Source: an uncultured Nitrospiraceae bacterium
GTDB lineage: Bacteria; Nitrospirota; Nitrospiria; Nitrospirales; Nitrospiraceae
NCBI GenBank assembly: GCA_963706325.1
Contig: CAVPLT010000004.1
Location: 768,001 to 832,000 of the forward strand
Reading direction: 5' to 3'
DNA: 64,000 bases
The number at the start of each line of letters is the position of its first letter. Position 1 is the first letter of the stretch. The notes below the pieces were generated by a model. The model saw only the letters and a program-made list of their open reading frames with translations. It did no database searches and had not been told where the DNA came from. A program made the translations under genes and the position numbers. Positions 49,520 through 59,824 of this stretch are shown here, in pieces.

Positions 49520-50631
49520 GTCTAGCGATGAAATCCGCCGCCCTTCCCACCAGTCAGGCCGATTCACAACGACTACTTGAGGATTCTATCCGCTCGGCTA
49601 AGGCTGCCGGTTTGCGCTACTGCCTTGACCTCGCGCCGGGGATCGTCCGGAAGGGACCAGGCAAGAAACCCTCCTACATTCGTCCTAACGGCACCGTGGT
49701 CCGGGAGCCCGGATGTCTGAAGAGGATTCGGTCCCTCGTCATTCCACCGGCCTGGACCGACGTCTGGATATGTACAGATCCGCAGGGGCACCTCCAGGCG
49801 ACCGGCCGAGATGCCAGAGGCCGCAAGCAGTATCGGTATCATCCCCGCTGGAATCACATCAGAAATGAGAGCAAATATGATCGCCTGCTCACCTTCGGGC
49901 GGTTGCTGCCCAGAATCCGCAGACGAGTGGCCGCCGACTTAAGACGTTCCGGTTTGCCACGGGACAAAATTTTAGCGACTGTGGTGCGACTGCTTGAGGT
50001 CACGTTAATCCGTATCGGCAATGAGGAGTATGCGCGGACAAACGAATCGTTCGGCTTGACTACGTTGAGGGATCGTCATGTAAAAGTGAGGGGCTCTACC
50101 CTGCGATTTGAATTTCGAGGGAAAAGCGGAATCCGTCACAGCGTGGATATTACCGACCGGCGCTTGGCCCGCATCGTCAAACAAAGTCAGGATCTTCCAG
50201 GATATGAGTTGTTTCAGTACCTGGACGAGGAAGGGGCGCGTCGTTCCATCACCTCCAGTGATGTGAATGGGTACCTGCAGCGGGTGGCGGGTCAAGAGTT
50301 TACGGCGAAGGACTTCCGCACGTGGGCCGGCACGGTGTTAGCCGCGCGGGCGCTCAAGGAATATGAAGACCAATGCGAGTCTGTCACCAAGGCAAAACGA
50401 AACGTCGCCGCGGCGATTGGGGTCGTTGCCCGGCAATTGGGCAATACGAAGGCCGTCTGTCGCAAGTGTTATGTGCATCCTGGAATTGTTCAAGCCTACT
50501 TGGATGGGACATTGCTGGACCGTCTCAGCCGGACCATGGGACGAGAATCATCTCGGTCATTACGGCATCTCCCACCTGAAGAATGGGCCGTTCTTGAATT
50601 CCTGCGTGAGCGCCTTCTGCCATCAGACTAA
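49516..50631 (+). CDS. Bacterial (poxvirus-like) DNA topoisomerase IB
   Basis: IPPAWTDVWIC, GRDARGRKQYRYH, RIGNEEY, FRGKSG, FTAKDFRTW, LGNT.AVCRKCYVHP. Confidence 0.93.
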   Translation: MSLAMKSAALPTSQADSQRLLEDSIRSAKAAGLRYCLDLAPGIVRKGPGKKPSYIRPNGTVVREPGCLKRIRSLVIPPAWTDVWICTDPQGHLQATGRDARGRKQYRYHPRWNHIRNESKYDRLLTFGRLLPRIRRRVAADLRRSGLPRDKILATVVRLLEVTLIRIGNEEYARTNESFGLTTLRDRHVKVRGSTLRFEFRGKSGIRHSVDITDRRLARIVKQSQDLPGYELFQYLDEEGARRSITSSDVNGYLQRVAGQEFTAKDFRTWAGTVLAARALKEYEDQCESVTKAKRNVAAAIGVVARQLGNTKAVCRKCYVHPGIVQAYLDGTLLDRLSRTMGRESSRSLRHLPPEEWAVLEFLRERLLPSD

Positions 50632-50638
50632 GGGGGAA

Positions 50639-52564
50639 ATGAGCATGAAAGGGTCGGGCAGAGCGGGCGCGCCGAAGCATTCACCTGTCCATCAAGAGCC
50701 GGTTGGTTCCCGCCACCGCCTCGGAGCCCAGGTGACGGCAGAAGGGATCTCTTTCCGTTGCTGGGCGCCGAAACCCACGCGGGTGGAGGTTATCCTTCAC
50801 CCTCAAGGAACCATTTATGCCATGACCAAAGAGGACGATGGCCATTGGGTTGGAGTCGTCCCCGAGGCGACGGCCGGTATGACCTACCGATACCGATTGG
50901 ATGGAAGGGAACTCTTCCCGGATCCTTGCTCACGGTTTCAACCTGAAGGACCCCATGGGCCGTCATTGATTGTGGACGCTGACGCCTTTGAGTGGAGAGA
51001 TCACGATTGGCTGGGCCTGACCATGCATGGTCAAGTGATCTACGAATTGCACATCGGCACGTTGACGCCGGAGGGAACGTTTGACTCAGCCATCGCTCAT
51101 CTTGACGAACTAAAAGACCTGGGCATCACTATAATAGAAGTCATGCCGGTGGCGGAATTTCCGGGTCGATGGAATTGGGGCTATGACGGAGTGGGGCTGT
51201 ATGCTCCGGCCCATGTCTATGGTGATCCTGAAGCCTTCAAGCGATTCGTCGACGAAGCGCACGCGCGAGGGCTCGGCGTGATACTCGACGTGGTCTATAA
51301 CCATCTGGGCCCGGATGGAAATTATCTGCCCGCCTTCAGTGATCATTATTTTACAGATCGCTATCCCAACGAATGGGGACAAGCCATCAATTTCGACGGG
51401 CCTGGCTCCCAGGGAGCGCGCGAGTTTTTCATTGAGAACGCCTGTTATTGGATCGAGGAGTTTCATTTGGACGGGCTCAGACTGGATGCGGTGCATGCGT
51501 TCCATGATGCCGGTCCCCTTCATGTCGTCGCGGAGCTGTCTCAAGCGGCAAGGAAAGCGGCCGGAAAACGATCGATTATTCTCATAGCCGAATGTGAAGC
51601 GCAGTGGGTCTGCACCATTCAACCGGTCGCGCAACAGGGGTGGGGATTGGATGGAGTATGGAGCGAGGATTTCCACCATGCGGCGCGCGTGGCGGCCACC
51701 GGGCGAAGCGAAGGCTATTTCACCGACTATCGCGGCGCGCCGCAGGAGTTCATTTCATGCGTCAAGCGGGCATTTTTGTACCAAGGGCAACGATACCAAT
51801 GGCAAGAGAAACCGCGTGGGACCGTCGTCGCGCGCGAGCCTGCGGAAAGCTTCGTGTTTTTTACCCAAAATCACGATCAGATTGCCAATCAATTACGTGG
51901 AGATCGGCTGCATCAGAAAACCAGTCCGGGCGTGTCGCGCGCCTTGACGGCCCTGCTGCTCCTGGCTCCGGAAACGCCGATGTTGTTCATGGGGCAGGAG
52001 TTTGCAGCTTCTGCTCCGTTTTTGTTCTTCGCCGATTTTCCGCCTGGCGAACTCGCCCGGCAAATTCGTGAGGGGAGGAAAGGGTTTCTCGCCCAATTTC
52101 CCAGCTATGGGTCGCCGGACGCACAGGCAGCCATTGCCGATCCTTGCGATCCCGCCGTCTTTCAGCGCTCCAAACTCGATTGGTCGGAACGTGAACGGAA
52201 CGGCGAGTGTTATCGGCTACACCAGGATCTGCTTCGGCTCCGTCGCGAAGATCCGGTCATCGCGCAGCAAGCGCGGAATCGGGTAGAGGGCGCCGTGATC
52301 GGACCGTCGGCCTTCGTACTGCGTTACGCCGGCCAGGAGGGAAACGACCGGCTTCTTCTCATCAATCTTGGGGCAGATTGTAATTATCGTCCAGCTCCGG
52401 AACCTCTGCTCGCTCCATCGGAGGGCTGCGCCTGGTCGCTCGTCTGGTCGAGTGACGCTCCGGAGTACGGAGGTCCCGGCGTGATCGAGCCGTTGACGGA
52501 AACTGGCTGGTTTGTACCGGGTGGATCGGCGGCTTTCTATGCCGCGCAGGACCGTGACGTGTGA
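50639..52564 (+). CDS. treZ: Malto-oligosyltrehalose trehalohydrolase
   Basis: PDPCSRFQPEGPHGPS, YELHIGT, WGYDGV, DVVYNHLGPDGNY, GLRLDAVHA, QNHDQIAN. Confidence 0.93.
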   Translation: MSMKGSGRAGAPKHSPVHQEPVGSRHRLGAQVTAEGISFRCWAPKPTRVEVILHPQGTIYAMTKEDDGHWVGVVPEATAGMTYRYRLDGRELFPDPCSRFQPEGPHGPSLIVDADAFEWRDHDWLGLTMHGQVIYELHIGTLTPEGTFDSAIAHLDELKDLGITIIEVMPVAEFPGRWNWGYDGVGLYAPAHVYGDPEAFKRFVDEAHARGLGVILDVVYNHLGPDGNYLPAFSDHYFTDRYPNEWGQAINFDGPGSQGAREFFIENACYWIEEFHLDGLRLDAVHAFHDAGPLHVVAELSQAARKAAGKRSIILIAECEAQWVCTIQPVAQQGWGLDGVWSEDFHHAARVAATGRSEGYFTDYRGAPQEFISCVKRAFLYQGQRYQWQEKPRGTVVAREPAESFVFFTQNHDQIANQLRGDRLHQKTSPGVSRALTALLLLAPETPMLFMGQEFAASAPFLFFADFPPGELARQIREGRKGFLAQFPSYGSPDAQAAIADPCDPAVFQRSKLDWSERERNGECYRLHQDLLRLRREDPVIAQQARNRVEGAVIGPSAFVLRYAGQEGNDRLLLINLGADCNYRPAPEPLLAPSEGCAWSLVWSSDAPEYGGPGVIEPLTETGWFVPGGSAAFYAAQDRDV

Positions 52565-52592
52565 GGCGACAGGCACCGAGTCCGAACAGGGA

Positions 52593-54644
52593 ATGATGAG
52601 TTGCCCATTAAAGGCCGACGACATGATTTTATCAGTACCCGCCGACCATCTCCGTGATAGCCATAATCTACTCTCCAAGGAGTGGCTGGTGACGAATGGC
52701 CTGGGTGGTTATGCATCCGGGACGTTGCTGTGTGCTCCCACGCGACGATATCACGGGATATTTGTACCGGATCTCCCGGCGCCATGGGGGCGGACGGTGA
52801 TGATTCCCCGGTTGGACGAAGCAGTCATCGTCGACGGACAATCCCTCCTGCTGAGCGGCGTCGAGTTTGAAGACGGACGCGTGCAAAGCGACCTCACGGA
52901 AGTGCTCGCCGAATTCAGCCGTGAATGGCACACACCGATATGGCGTTGTGTATTCAAAGGGCGCCGCCTTGAAAAGCGGGTCATCATGCCGTACGGCTAC
53001 AACTCAGTCTATGTGGAATATCGCTTGCTAGAGGGTGATCCGATTCGGCTGCATATCCGCCCGTTTATCACATTTCGAATGTTGGATGCGCAGTTGCATG
53101 AAGCCAAGCGGCCTCCCTTTCCGCTCACCGTGCTCGATGGGCGTTACGAAATGCATCTCTGCGAAGGCGCCTCGTCACTCAAGCTGTGCATGCGGCCGCA
53201 CTGCGGGCAATTCATTGCCGACGCGCTCGTGAGTCGCGGGGTGTCGTATCGAGTGGATCGTGACCGCGGCTCTGAACATATCGAGGACCTTGCAAGCCCG
53301 GGATATTTTGGCGCGGATCTGACTTCAGCTCGACCGGTTGCGTTTGTTGCGAGCACCGAGTCGTGGGAGCTCCTCGAGTTCAATTCGGAAGCGGTCTTTG
53401 AGGCGGAAGCACAGCGGCTACAGAAACTGTCCCCGCTTCAAGAGCGAGGCCATGATGAATTGGAAGGGTTGTTGGCGCTCGCGGCGGACCAATTCATTGT
53501 GCTGCCAGGGTCGCGCTTGAATGAGCAGGCCCTTGCGCGCGCTTCCGGTGATGAAGCGCGCACGGTCATTGCCGGCTATCACTGGTTCACCGATTGGGGC
53601 CGCGATACCATGATCAGTCTGGAAGGGCTCACCCTCTGTACCGGACGCTACCGCGAGGCGCGCTCGATTCTGCGCACGTTTGCCAATTATATCGAGGATG
53701 GATTGCTGCCGAATCTTTTTCCCGAGGGGCAACGCAAGGCGCTCTACCATACTGTCGATGCGACGCTCTGGTACTTTCATGCGCTGGATCGGTATCAGCG
53801 GGTCACCGGAGATACCGAGCTGGTCGTCGATCTCTGATGCCTACATTGAAATCCGTGATCGAACATCATGTGAAGGGCACGCATTTCGGTATCGGCGTGG
53901 ATTCGCGCGATGGTCTGTTGCATGCCGGAGCCGAAGGATATCAACTCACCTGGATGGACGCGAAGGTGGATGGATGGGTCGTCACGCCGCGGCGCGGCAA
54001 GCCGGTCGAGATTCAAGCCCTCTGGTTTAATGCGCTCTGTTGCATGGTGGAGTGGGGAAAAATGGCCGGGGAGAACCAGCCAGCCCTGGGCGGAGATGGC
54101 TGAACTGGCCAGGCGATCGTTTAACGATCGATTCTGGCGACAGGATGCCGGCTGCCTGTTCGATGTCATTGAGGGCGAGCAGGGGAATGATACGAGTTTT
54201 CGTCCTAACCAGATTGTGGCGATTGCGCTCCAGCATCCGATTTTGGAAGAGCAGCGATGGCGCGCAGTCGTCGATGCGGTGGCGGACAAGCTCCTCACAC
54301 CGGTTGGCCTGCGTACTCTGTCGAGAGACCATCGCGACTACAAGCCGATGTACTTCGGGGACCTTCGAGCGAGAGACGCCGCCTATCATCAGGGAACGGT
54401 GTGGGCCTGGTTGATCGGACCCTTTATCGATGCCTGGCTGAAAGTCTACAAGGATGCGTCAAAGGCGAGAGGCATGCTGGAAGGGTTCCACTCGCACCTG
54501 GTGGAAGTCGGAATCGGCACGGTCAGCGAAATTTTCGATGCAGAACCTCCCTACCATCCACGCGGGTGTATCGCTCAAGCCTGGAGCGTGGCGGAGGTGT
54601 TGCGGGTCTGCATAAAAACGCGGTTGGCCCGAGAGAATCCGTGA
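52593..54644 (+). CDS. Amylo-alpha-1,6-glucosidase (GDE family) with two mutually compensating frameshifts near 53835 and 54070
   Basis: EWLVTNGLGGYASGT, IAGYHWFTDWGRDTMISL, then QLTWMDAK..WVVTPRRGKPVEIQALW, then RPNQ, AYHQGTVWAWLIG and AQAWSVAE, spread over three ORF segments. Confidence 0.85.
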
Positions 54645-54694
54645 GTGGAGTAATTCGTCTCGAGCTGGACAGGGTGCCTAGGGCGAGCCGGCAC

Positions 54695-55432
54695 ATGCCC
54701 TATGTGCGCATCGGCACTTCAGGATGGCATTACGGGCATTGGCGAGGTCCCTACTACCCACCGAGCGTTCCCCCGCGAGCACTGTTGAATTATTATGCGC
54801 GAGATTTCGATACTGTAGAGATCAACAACAGTTTTTACCGCCTGCCTTCGACGACCACCTTTGACACATGGAGCAAAGCCACGCCGGAGGGATTTTGCTT
54901 TGCCGTCAAGGCAAGCCGCTTCCTGACCCATCGCAAAAAATTGTTGGATCCCGAGCCGGCGCTTGCCCGGTTGTTGGAAGCAGCCGAGAGATTAGGCGGA
55001 AAGCTCGGTCCGATTTTGTTTCAATTGCCACCTAATTGGCGTTGCCATGTCGCTCGGCTCGAAGCCTTTCTCCGCGCGCTTCCGGCAGGGCAACGGTATA
55101 CCGTCGAATTCCGTGACCAGAGCTGGCATACCCGACAGGTGTTGGAATTGCTGCGGGAATATAATGTGGCGTTTTGTATCTATGAGTTGGCCGGGATTCG
55201 CTCCCCGATCGAGGTCACTGCCGATTTTGTCTATGTCCGGCTCCACGGGCCAGGGAACAAGTATCAGGGCGACTATTCGATCAGCTCGCTGAAATCCTGG
55301 GCCGCCCATGTCGAGCGATGGGTAAAGTCACGCTGTCACGTGTACGTATACTTCGATAACGATCAGGCGGGATATGCGGTGAAGAACGCCCGAGAACTCA
55401 AAAGCATCATCACGCCGGAGCCCGATGTGTAA
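54695..55432 (+). CDS. DUF72 domain protein
   Basis: IGTSGWHY.HW...YYP, TVEINNSFYRLP, LFQLPP, YVRLHG, YVYFDND. Confidence 0.92.
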   Translation: MPYVRIGTSGWHYGHWRGPYYPPSVPPRALLNYYARDFDTVEINNSFYRLPSTTTFDTWSKATPEGFCFAVKASRFLTHRKKLLDPEPALARLLEAAERLGGKLGPILFQLPPNWRCHVARLEAFLRALPAGQRYTVEFRDQSWHTRQVLELLREYNVAFCIYELAGIRSPIEVTADFVYVRLHGPGNKYQGDYSISSLKSWAAHVERWVKSRCHVYVYFDNDQAGYAVKNARELKSIITPEPDV

Positions 55433-55557
55433 CCGTTATTCTTTCAACTGGGGAGCTAATCTAGACCGAAACTGGGCACTCCACTCTCTGGGGTGCTCTC
55501 TTTAGTTTCTCCAACCATCTTGGCAGCGCCGCATAGTTCCCTTTCATCACAAGCTGT

Positions 55558-56085
55558 GTGTCGTGCAACTCGTCAATCCGGCGCATCAGGGCCAGCTCGG
55601 CATCGGCCACGGGCGTGGGCTGATAGTAGGCCGTCGAGCGAGCCACCCCGAGCAGTTGGCATTGCCGGACGACAGACGGCGGATGAGGGCGGTCAATCAT
55701 CGCTCTGCGCTCAGCAAGCCTGCCTGGTGAGCGCCCCTTCCAAAGAATCGTTCTCCAGCGCCAGTTGCCCGATTTTCGCGTGAAGCGTTTTGAGATCCGG
55801 TCTCTCTGACAGAGCCTTCGTCCCGCCAAACACCCCCGCGGGTCGCGCCAGCAGTTGCTGCTTCCATTCGGTGGGTGGGGAGGACTCTGAATTGCTCGGC
55901 CAATTCGGCGAGCGCCTTGTCGTCTTTGACGGCGGCCAACGCCACCCGTGCCACGAAAGTCGCTACGTGATTCCCGTCTCGTGCGTGTCATGGCCTCGCT
56001 CCCTTGGTTCGCCACCACCCGGTGGCGTCGGTGAAGCCAGGCTACCACTTATCACACTGTACGAATTTCCGGAGCCCCTCTCTCT
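55558..56085 (-). mobile_element. Truncated, frameshifted IS3-family remnant (orfA plus the start of orfB)
   Basis: ARVALAAVKDDKALAELAEQF..., DLKTLHAKIGQLALEND, and IDRPH..SVVRQCQLLGVARSTAYYQP....ELALMRRIDELH. No DDE domain or second terminal repeat seen. Confidence 0.8.
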
Positions 56086-56532
56086 TCATTGTTTGGCCAC
56101 CCGACAACCCAGATAAAGCATAAATTGGTGGATGGACTCTCGAACTAATAAACTGTTGGCGTAGGACTAACGGAATGCATGTCGCATGTCGGAGCTATGA
56201 CCGGACGTCGGGTGGTCCGCGAGCGATGCCCGACCTAATACTTCAACAGCCTCGTGGTGCGTACAAAAGCCTGGATTGGATTAGGCCTCTTGGTCGAATC
56301 TCACGCATGGCGCGGCTATTCCTTGACTGAATGTATTTGCCTGCTAGCCTTATGTCTAAGGTGTCCTCGCAAGCGGCACTGAGTCCCCCACATCAAACTT
56401 ATTAGTTAGGCGCGGAACCTACCAAACAACGAAAGCGATCCCTTCTTCTGACGGATGGGCGGATGAGCTGGCATCTTGTATACGTAATGTCGTGCCAAGA
56501 ACCGTGAACCCTATTGTACTGAGGGAGGAATT

Positions 56533-56940
56533 ATGGACAGAGGCATCCTAACAGGGTTTCTTCTTTGCGTGGCCCTGCTTAGTTCAGGGTGTTCAGTGCT
56601 CATGGCAGCCAATCGGGAAAGCTATCGAGGTGACGTTGGAGTAATACAAGAGGGTGTATCTCGTACTGAGGTGATTGCCGAATTAGGTCAACCAGATTCC
56701 TTCTTTAAGCCCGAAACCGGCGGATTCGACGATCGTTATGTGCTCGATCCAGAAGCTCATCACACGTGGGTCAAAGTGGGTACGGTTGTGGTGCATCTGG
56801 GTGCAGATCTATTTACAGGATTTCTGTGGGAACTCGTAGGCACACCGTACGAACTTGCCGTGCGTGATCGAAAGGTGATTTATCATCTGGCGTACAATCC
56901 AGACGGAAAATTATCCACTATCGAAAAGATCAAGCCTTAG
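56533..56940 (+). CDS. Putative lipoprotein (SmpA/OmlA/OsmE-like motif)
   Basis: Lipobox LLSSGC; GVSRTEVIAELGQPD; GGAGG RBS. Confidence 0.75.
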   Translation: MDRGILTGFLLCVALLSSGCSVLMAANRESYRGDVGVIQEGVSRTEVIAELGQPDSFFKPETGGFDDRYVLDPEAHHTWVKVGTVVVHLGADLFTGFLWELVGTPYELAVRDRKVIYHLAYNPDGKLSTIEKIKP

Positions 56941-57370
56941 ATAAAACTGATAGACCTGATGCTTGCATCAGAGCTTCCCTCTCGTCCGATTGAGTCAGCT
57001 TCTAGAGCCCATTTGTTGCAAAACGTTGCTGCTGGCACCTAGGTAAGAGGGTCGTATATCGTCTTGATGCCGCCAATAACTCGATGAGCATAGTATTCAG
57101 CCATGAATATAACGGCACTTTTTGTCAGGGGCCTTCTAGCATAGGTCAAATAGATTTGGGGGTTAAATCTTTACGTAACGAGGCCTTCCTTCCCGCTCTT
57201 GCGAACTCTCGTCTGCGAGTGCGTCCTACTTTGACCATATAGATCAAATGACGGTATGACCCTATGAGAAGAGGTCTTTTCACGTATCCATGGGTCCCCG
57301 TGTTACTGAGACGGGGGTATTCCGCCCGTCCGGCTGTCGCCGGATCGGGCGGCTTTCACCTCGTCACATC

Positions 57371-57402
57371 ACGCTAGGATGTTCCGGGCAACATCCTAGC
57401 GT
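57371..57402. repeat. Perfect 13-bp inverted repeat containing CTAGG/CCTAG half-sites
   Basis: ACGCTAGGATGTT-CCGGGC-AACATCCTAGCGT. Confidence 0.8.
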
Positions 57403-57575
57403 CCATCCCTCCCTGGCGTAGAAAACACCGATCCGGATACTTGATCCACGGTCCCAACCGACGAGCCCGCAGGTTTCCTGCTGCATCCTCGCTATGAACG
57501 TCCACATTTTCGGGGAGTCTATTATCGGGCTGCGTCCTGAATGGAGCGCTGTTCACTTTTGTGCGGGTGAGTCCT

Positions 57576-57599
57576 CACTGGAATTGTATAATTCCAGTG
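57576..57599. repeat. 24-bp operator-like palindrome overlapping a TATAAT
   Basis: CACTGGAATT-GTAT-AATTCCAGTG. Confidence 0.75.
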
Positions 57600-58076
57600 C
57601 TCAGCTTCATATTGGGCGGGAACTCTGTTTTAAGGCCGGGAGCGCTCCTGCATTCCCGATCGGCTGGATGCAGGAGGTCCCTCGTAAGTACGCCGTTCAT
57701 CCTCCAACCTGACTTGACCATAGATGAGATAGCCATTATAGGCTCGTGCCGTCTCTCTGGCCCACCTCATCGTCAGCATCGTGAGCATCGCGCAAACAGA
57801 CAGCGTGATGAGGAATCTGAAGCTCCAGCTGTCGTGGAAGTTATTAGTTTTGTTTCACCACCAAGGGTCGCGCTCCCCAGAGGACGAACGAAATACGTCC
57901 AATTCACGGGGCCGAATAGCACCAGGAAGGCGATCGCAAATTCTTGTTCGGCTGCATCTTCCCCAGAGGATTGATGACGCGATCGGTCACCGCAGAGAGC
58001 CTGGGGACGTGCTGGAGTTGGTAGGGTAGAGAAAAGACGAGTCCCGCCGCTGCCGCTACCATGGGCGAGGCAGGGG

Positions 58077-58121
58077 CTAGGGTACCCACTAGCTCCAACC
58101 TGCAGTATTGACCGGTACAGT
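58077..58121 (+). promoter_or_regulatory. Palindromic box (1 mismatch) plus -10 element upstream of the OMP-Slp-ligD run
   Basis: CTAGG-GTACCC-ACTAG (58077-58092), 23-nt gap, TACAGT. Confidence 0.7.
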
Positions 58122-58414
58122 GAAGCTGGTTCGTCCTCGGCCCCTGATGCGAGGACCGACCAAAACCTTTGGAAGCGACCATACTTGACAGTGAGGCGCG
58201 TGAGCGACCATCCCCCAGTTAGACTCATTCCGTCGGGGCTGACTCCGGAGGCCGACTTGAACGTCTTGTTGAGCGTCTTATGGTCAGCGCCGATGTCGTT
58301 CCGACCGGTGCGCCGTAAGGCAAGGGCACCTGAATGGAATCCCGACAAAACATCGTCTTCCGTCCATTCTTTGAAGTCGTAGCCGACTGACTGAGGCAGG
58401 GTGAGGTTGATGAC

Positions 58415-59053
58415 ATGATGACCGCGCGGTCCCCGACGATCACTATTCTGTTAGTGGTCCTGCTGACGGCAGGGTTTCTAGCAGCGCGTACCGCCACGGC
58501 AGAATGGTATGTGGCCGGACAGTTCGGCGCGAACTTTGCGGATCAACTCAGCGATATTCGAGGGACCGGCAGTTTGAGCGGATTTCGCGCGCCAGATTTC
58601 GATCTGCAGAACTCCTTCGTCTATGGAGGCAAGCTCGGCATGTTTCCAGGCAACGGATGGTTCGGTCTGGAACTTGATGTGTTCAACAGCACCCCCCATA
58701 TTAAGAATCTCGACAATGTTCCAGGTATTCACATGCGGGTGACAAACGTGGGAGTGAATTTGCTGGCACGGTATCCTGGCGTGACATTCCAACCGTATAT
58801 TGGGATCGGGGCCGGTGCGGCCATTGCGCGAATCGGGGACTCCGCAACTACCCAGGCCAATACTGACGTCGCATCCGCCTTCAACCTCTTGGTGGGCATC
58901 AGAGCCTTCGTCACGCCGTATGTGGCGGTGTTCACCGAATATAAATATAGCCAGTCGACGTTAGGATTCGACCAGGCATTCGGGCCGACCGGTGGATTCA
59001 ATGGACATTATGATGCGCACATTTTGGTTACGGGTCTCTCCTATCATTTTTGA
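58415..59053 (+). CDS. Small outer-membrane beta-barrel protein (OmpA-like transmembrane type)
   Basis: Signal peptide, WYVAGQFG, FQPYIGIGAG, and C-terminal GLSYHF. Confidence 0.85.
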   Translation: MMTARSPTITILLVVLLTAGFLAARTATAEWYVAGQFGANFADQLSDIRGTGSLSGFRAPDFDLQNSFVYGGKLGMFPGNGWFGLELDVFNSTPHIKNLDNVPGIHMRVTNVGVNLLARYPGVTFQPYIGIGAGAAIARIGDSATTQANTDVASAFNLLVGIRAFVTPYVAVFTEYKYSQSTLGFDQAFGPTGGFNGHYDAHILVTGLSYHF

Positions 59054-59066
59054 AGGCCGGACAGAC

Positions 59067-59789
59067 TTGCGAGAGCTCACCGTCGCGGTCCTCCTTACTC
59101 TGACCTTGCTCTGTGACTGCTTGCGCGCAAAGCGCGCATCAATCCGGTCGAGATGTGCTCGATCAGATTCTGCCCGATAATTTGGAACAAGAAATCGACC
59201 AGACCGTGTCGTTCGCTGACTTGAAGGCCGATCCCGCCGCCTATCAAGGCAAGACCGTTATGGTCAGCGGCATCGTGCTCAAAAGTAAACGGGTGAAGGA
59301 CCGCACCGAAATCGAGGTGCTACAAATCCCCACCGGCTCCGGCGCAATGCCGAGGAAGGATCGCGCGAGGTCGCAAGGCCGGTTCCTTGCCGTCAAGAGT
59401 GGAGAATTTCTCGATCCGGCTGTGGTCGATGCCGGCACACCGGTGACGGTGGTTGGCGAAGTCGGGTCTCCTGTCCACTCGAAGTATGGACGACGGCGAA
59501 TACATCTACCCGGTTCTGGAAATCAAGCACCTGGTGGACTGGGAGGAAGTCGATCCGCGCGGAGGCTCCGTTCCGTACGCCTATCCATATGGAGGTTCCA
59601 TGTACGCCTATCCTTACTCCTACTGGGGACCTTACGGGGGTATGGGAGGTTGGTATGGCGGCTATCCAGGCTATGGCGGCTATGGGTATGGTTATCCATA
59701 CTACGGACCCTTCTTTGGATTCGGGAGCGGATCGTCCGTTCCCAGCGGGCCGCCACCGGCAGTCCGCGCCGCCGCAATTTAAAAAATGA
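59067..59789 (+). CDS. Slp-family outer-membrane lipoprotein, interrupted by 2-3 single-base frameshifts near 59112, 59473 and possibly 59755
   Basis: MRELTVAVLLTLTLL|VTAC lipobox; P.AYQGKTVMVSG, TEIEVLQIP, SQGRFLA....FLDPA, VTVVGEV, |MDDGEYIYPVL; Tyr/Gly/Pro-rich tail. Confidence 0.75.
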
Positions 59790-59824
59790 TGTGACAGGCG
59801 CGGCCTCGGCGGCGAAGGAGCCAC

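Noticed and set aside
50363..50638. Extended starts given by the ORF track for treZ (50363), and similarly DUF72 (54257) and the amine oxidase (7860)
   Set aside because: They overlap upstream genes extensively; better-placed downstream starts exist at 50639, 54695 and 7692.
8428..54681. Isolated half-sites (CCTAG or CTAGG near 8439, 13331, 29327, 30999, 44587, 46485 and 54677)
   Set aside because: Only one half matches, and for those I checked there was no -10 hexamer at the expected distance, so they are not counted as boxes. Some may be auxiliary sites.
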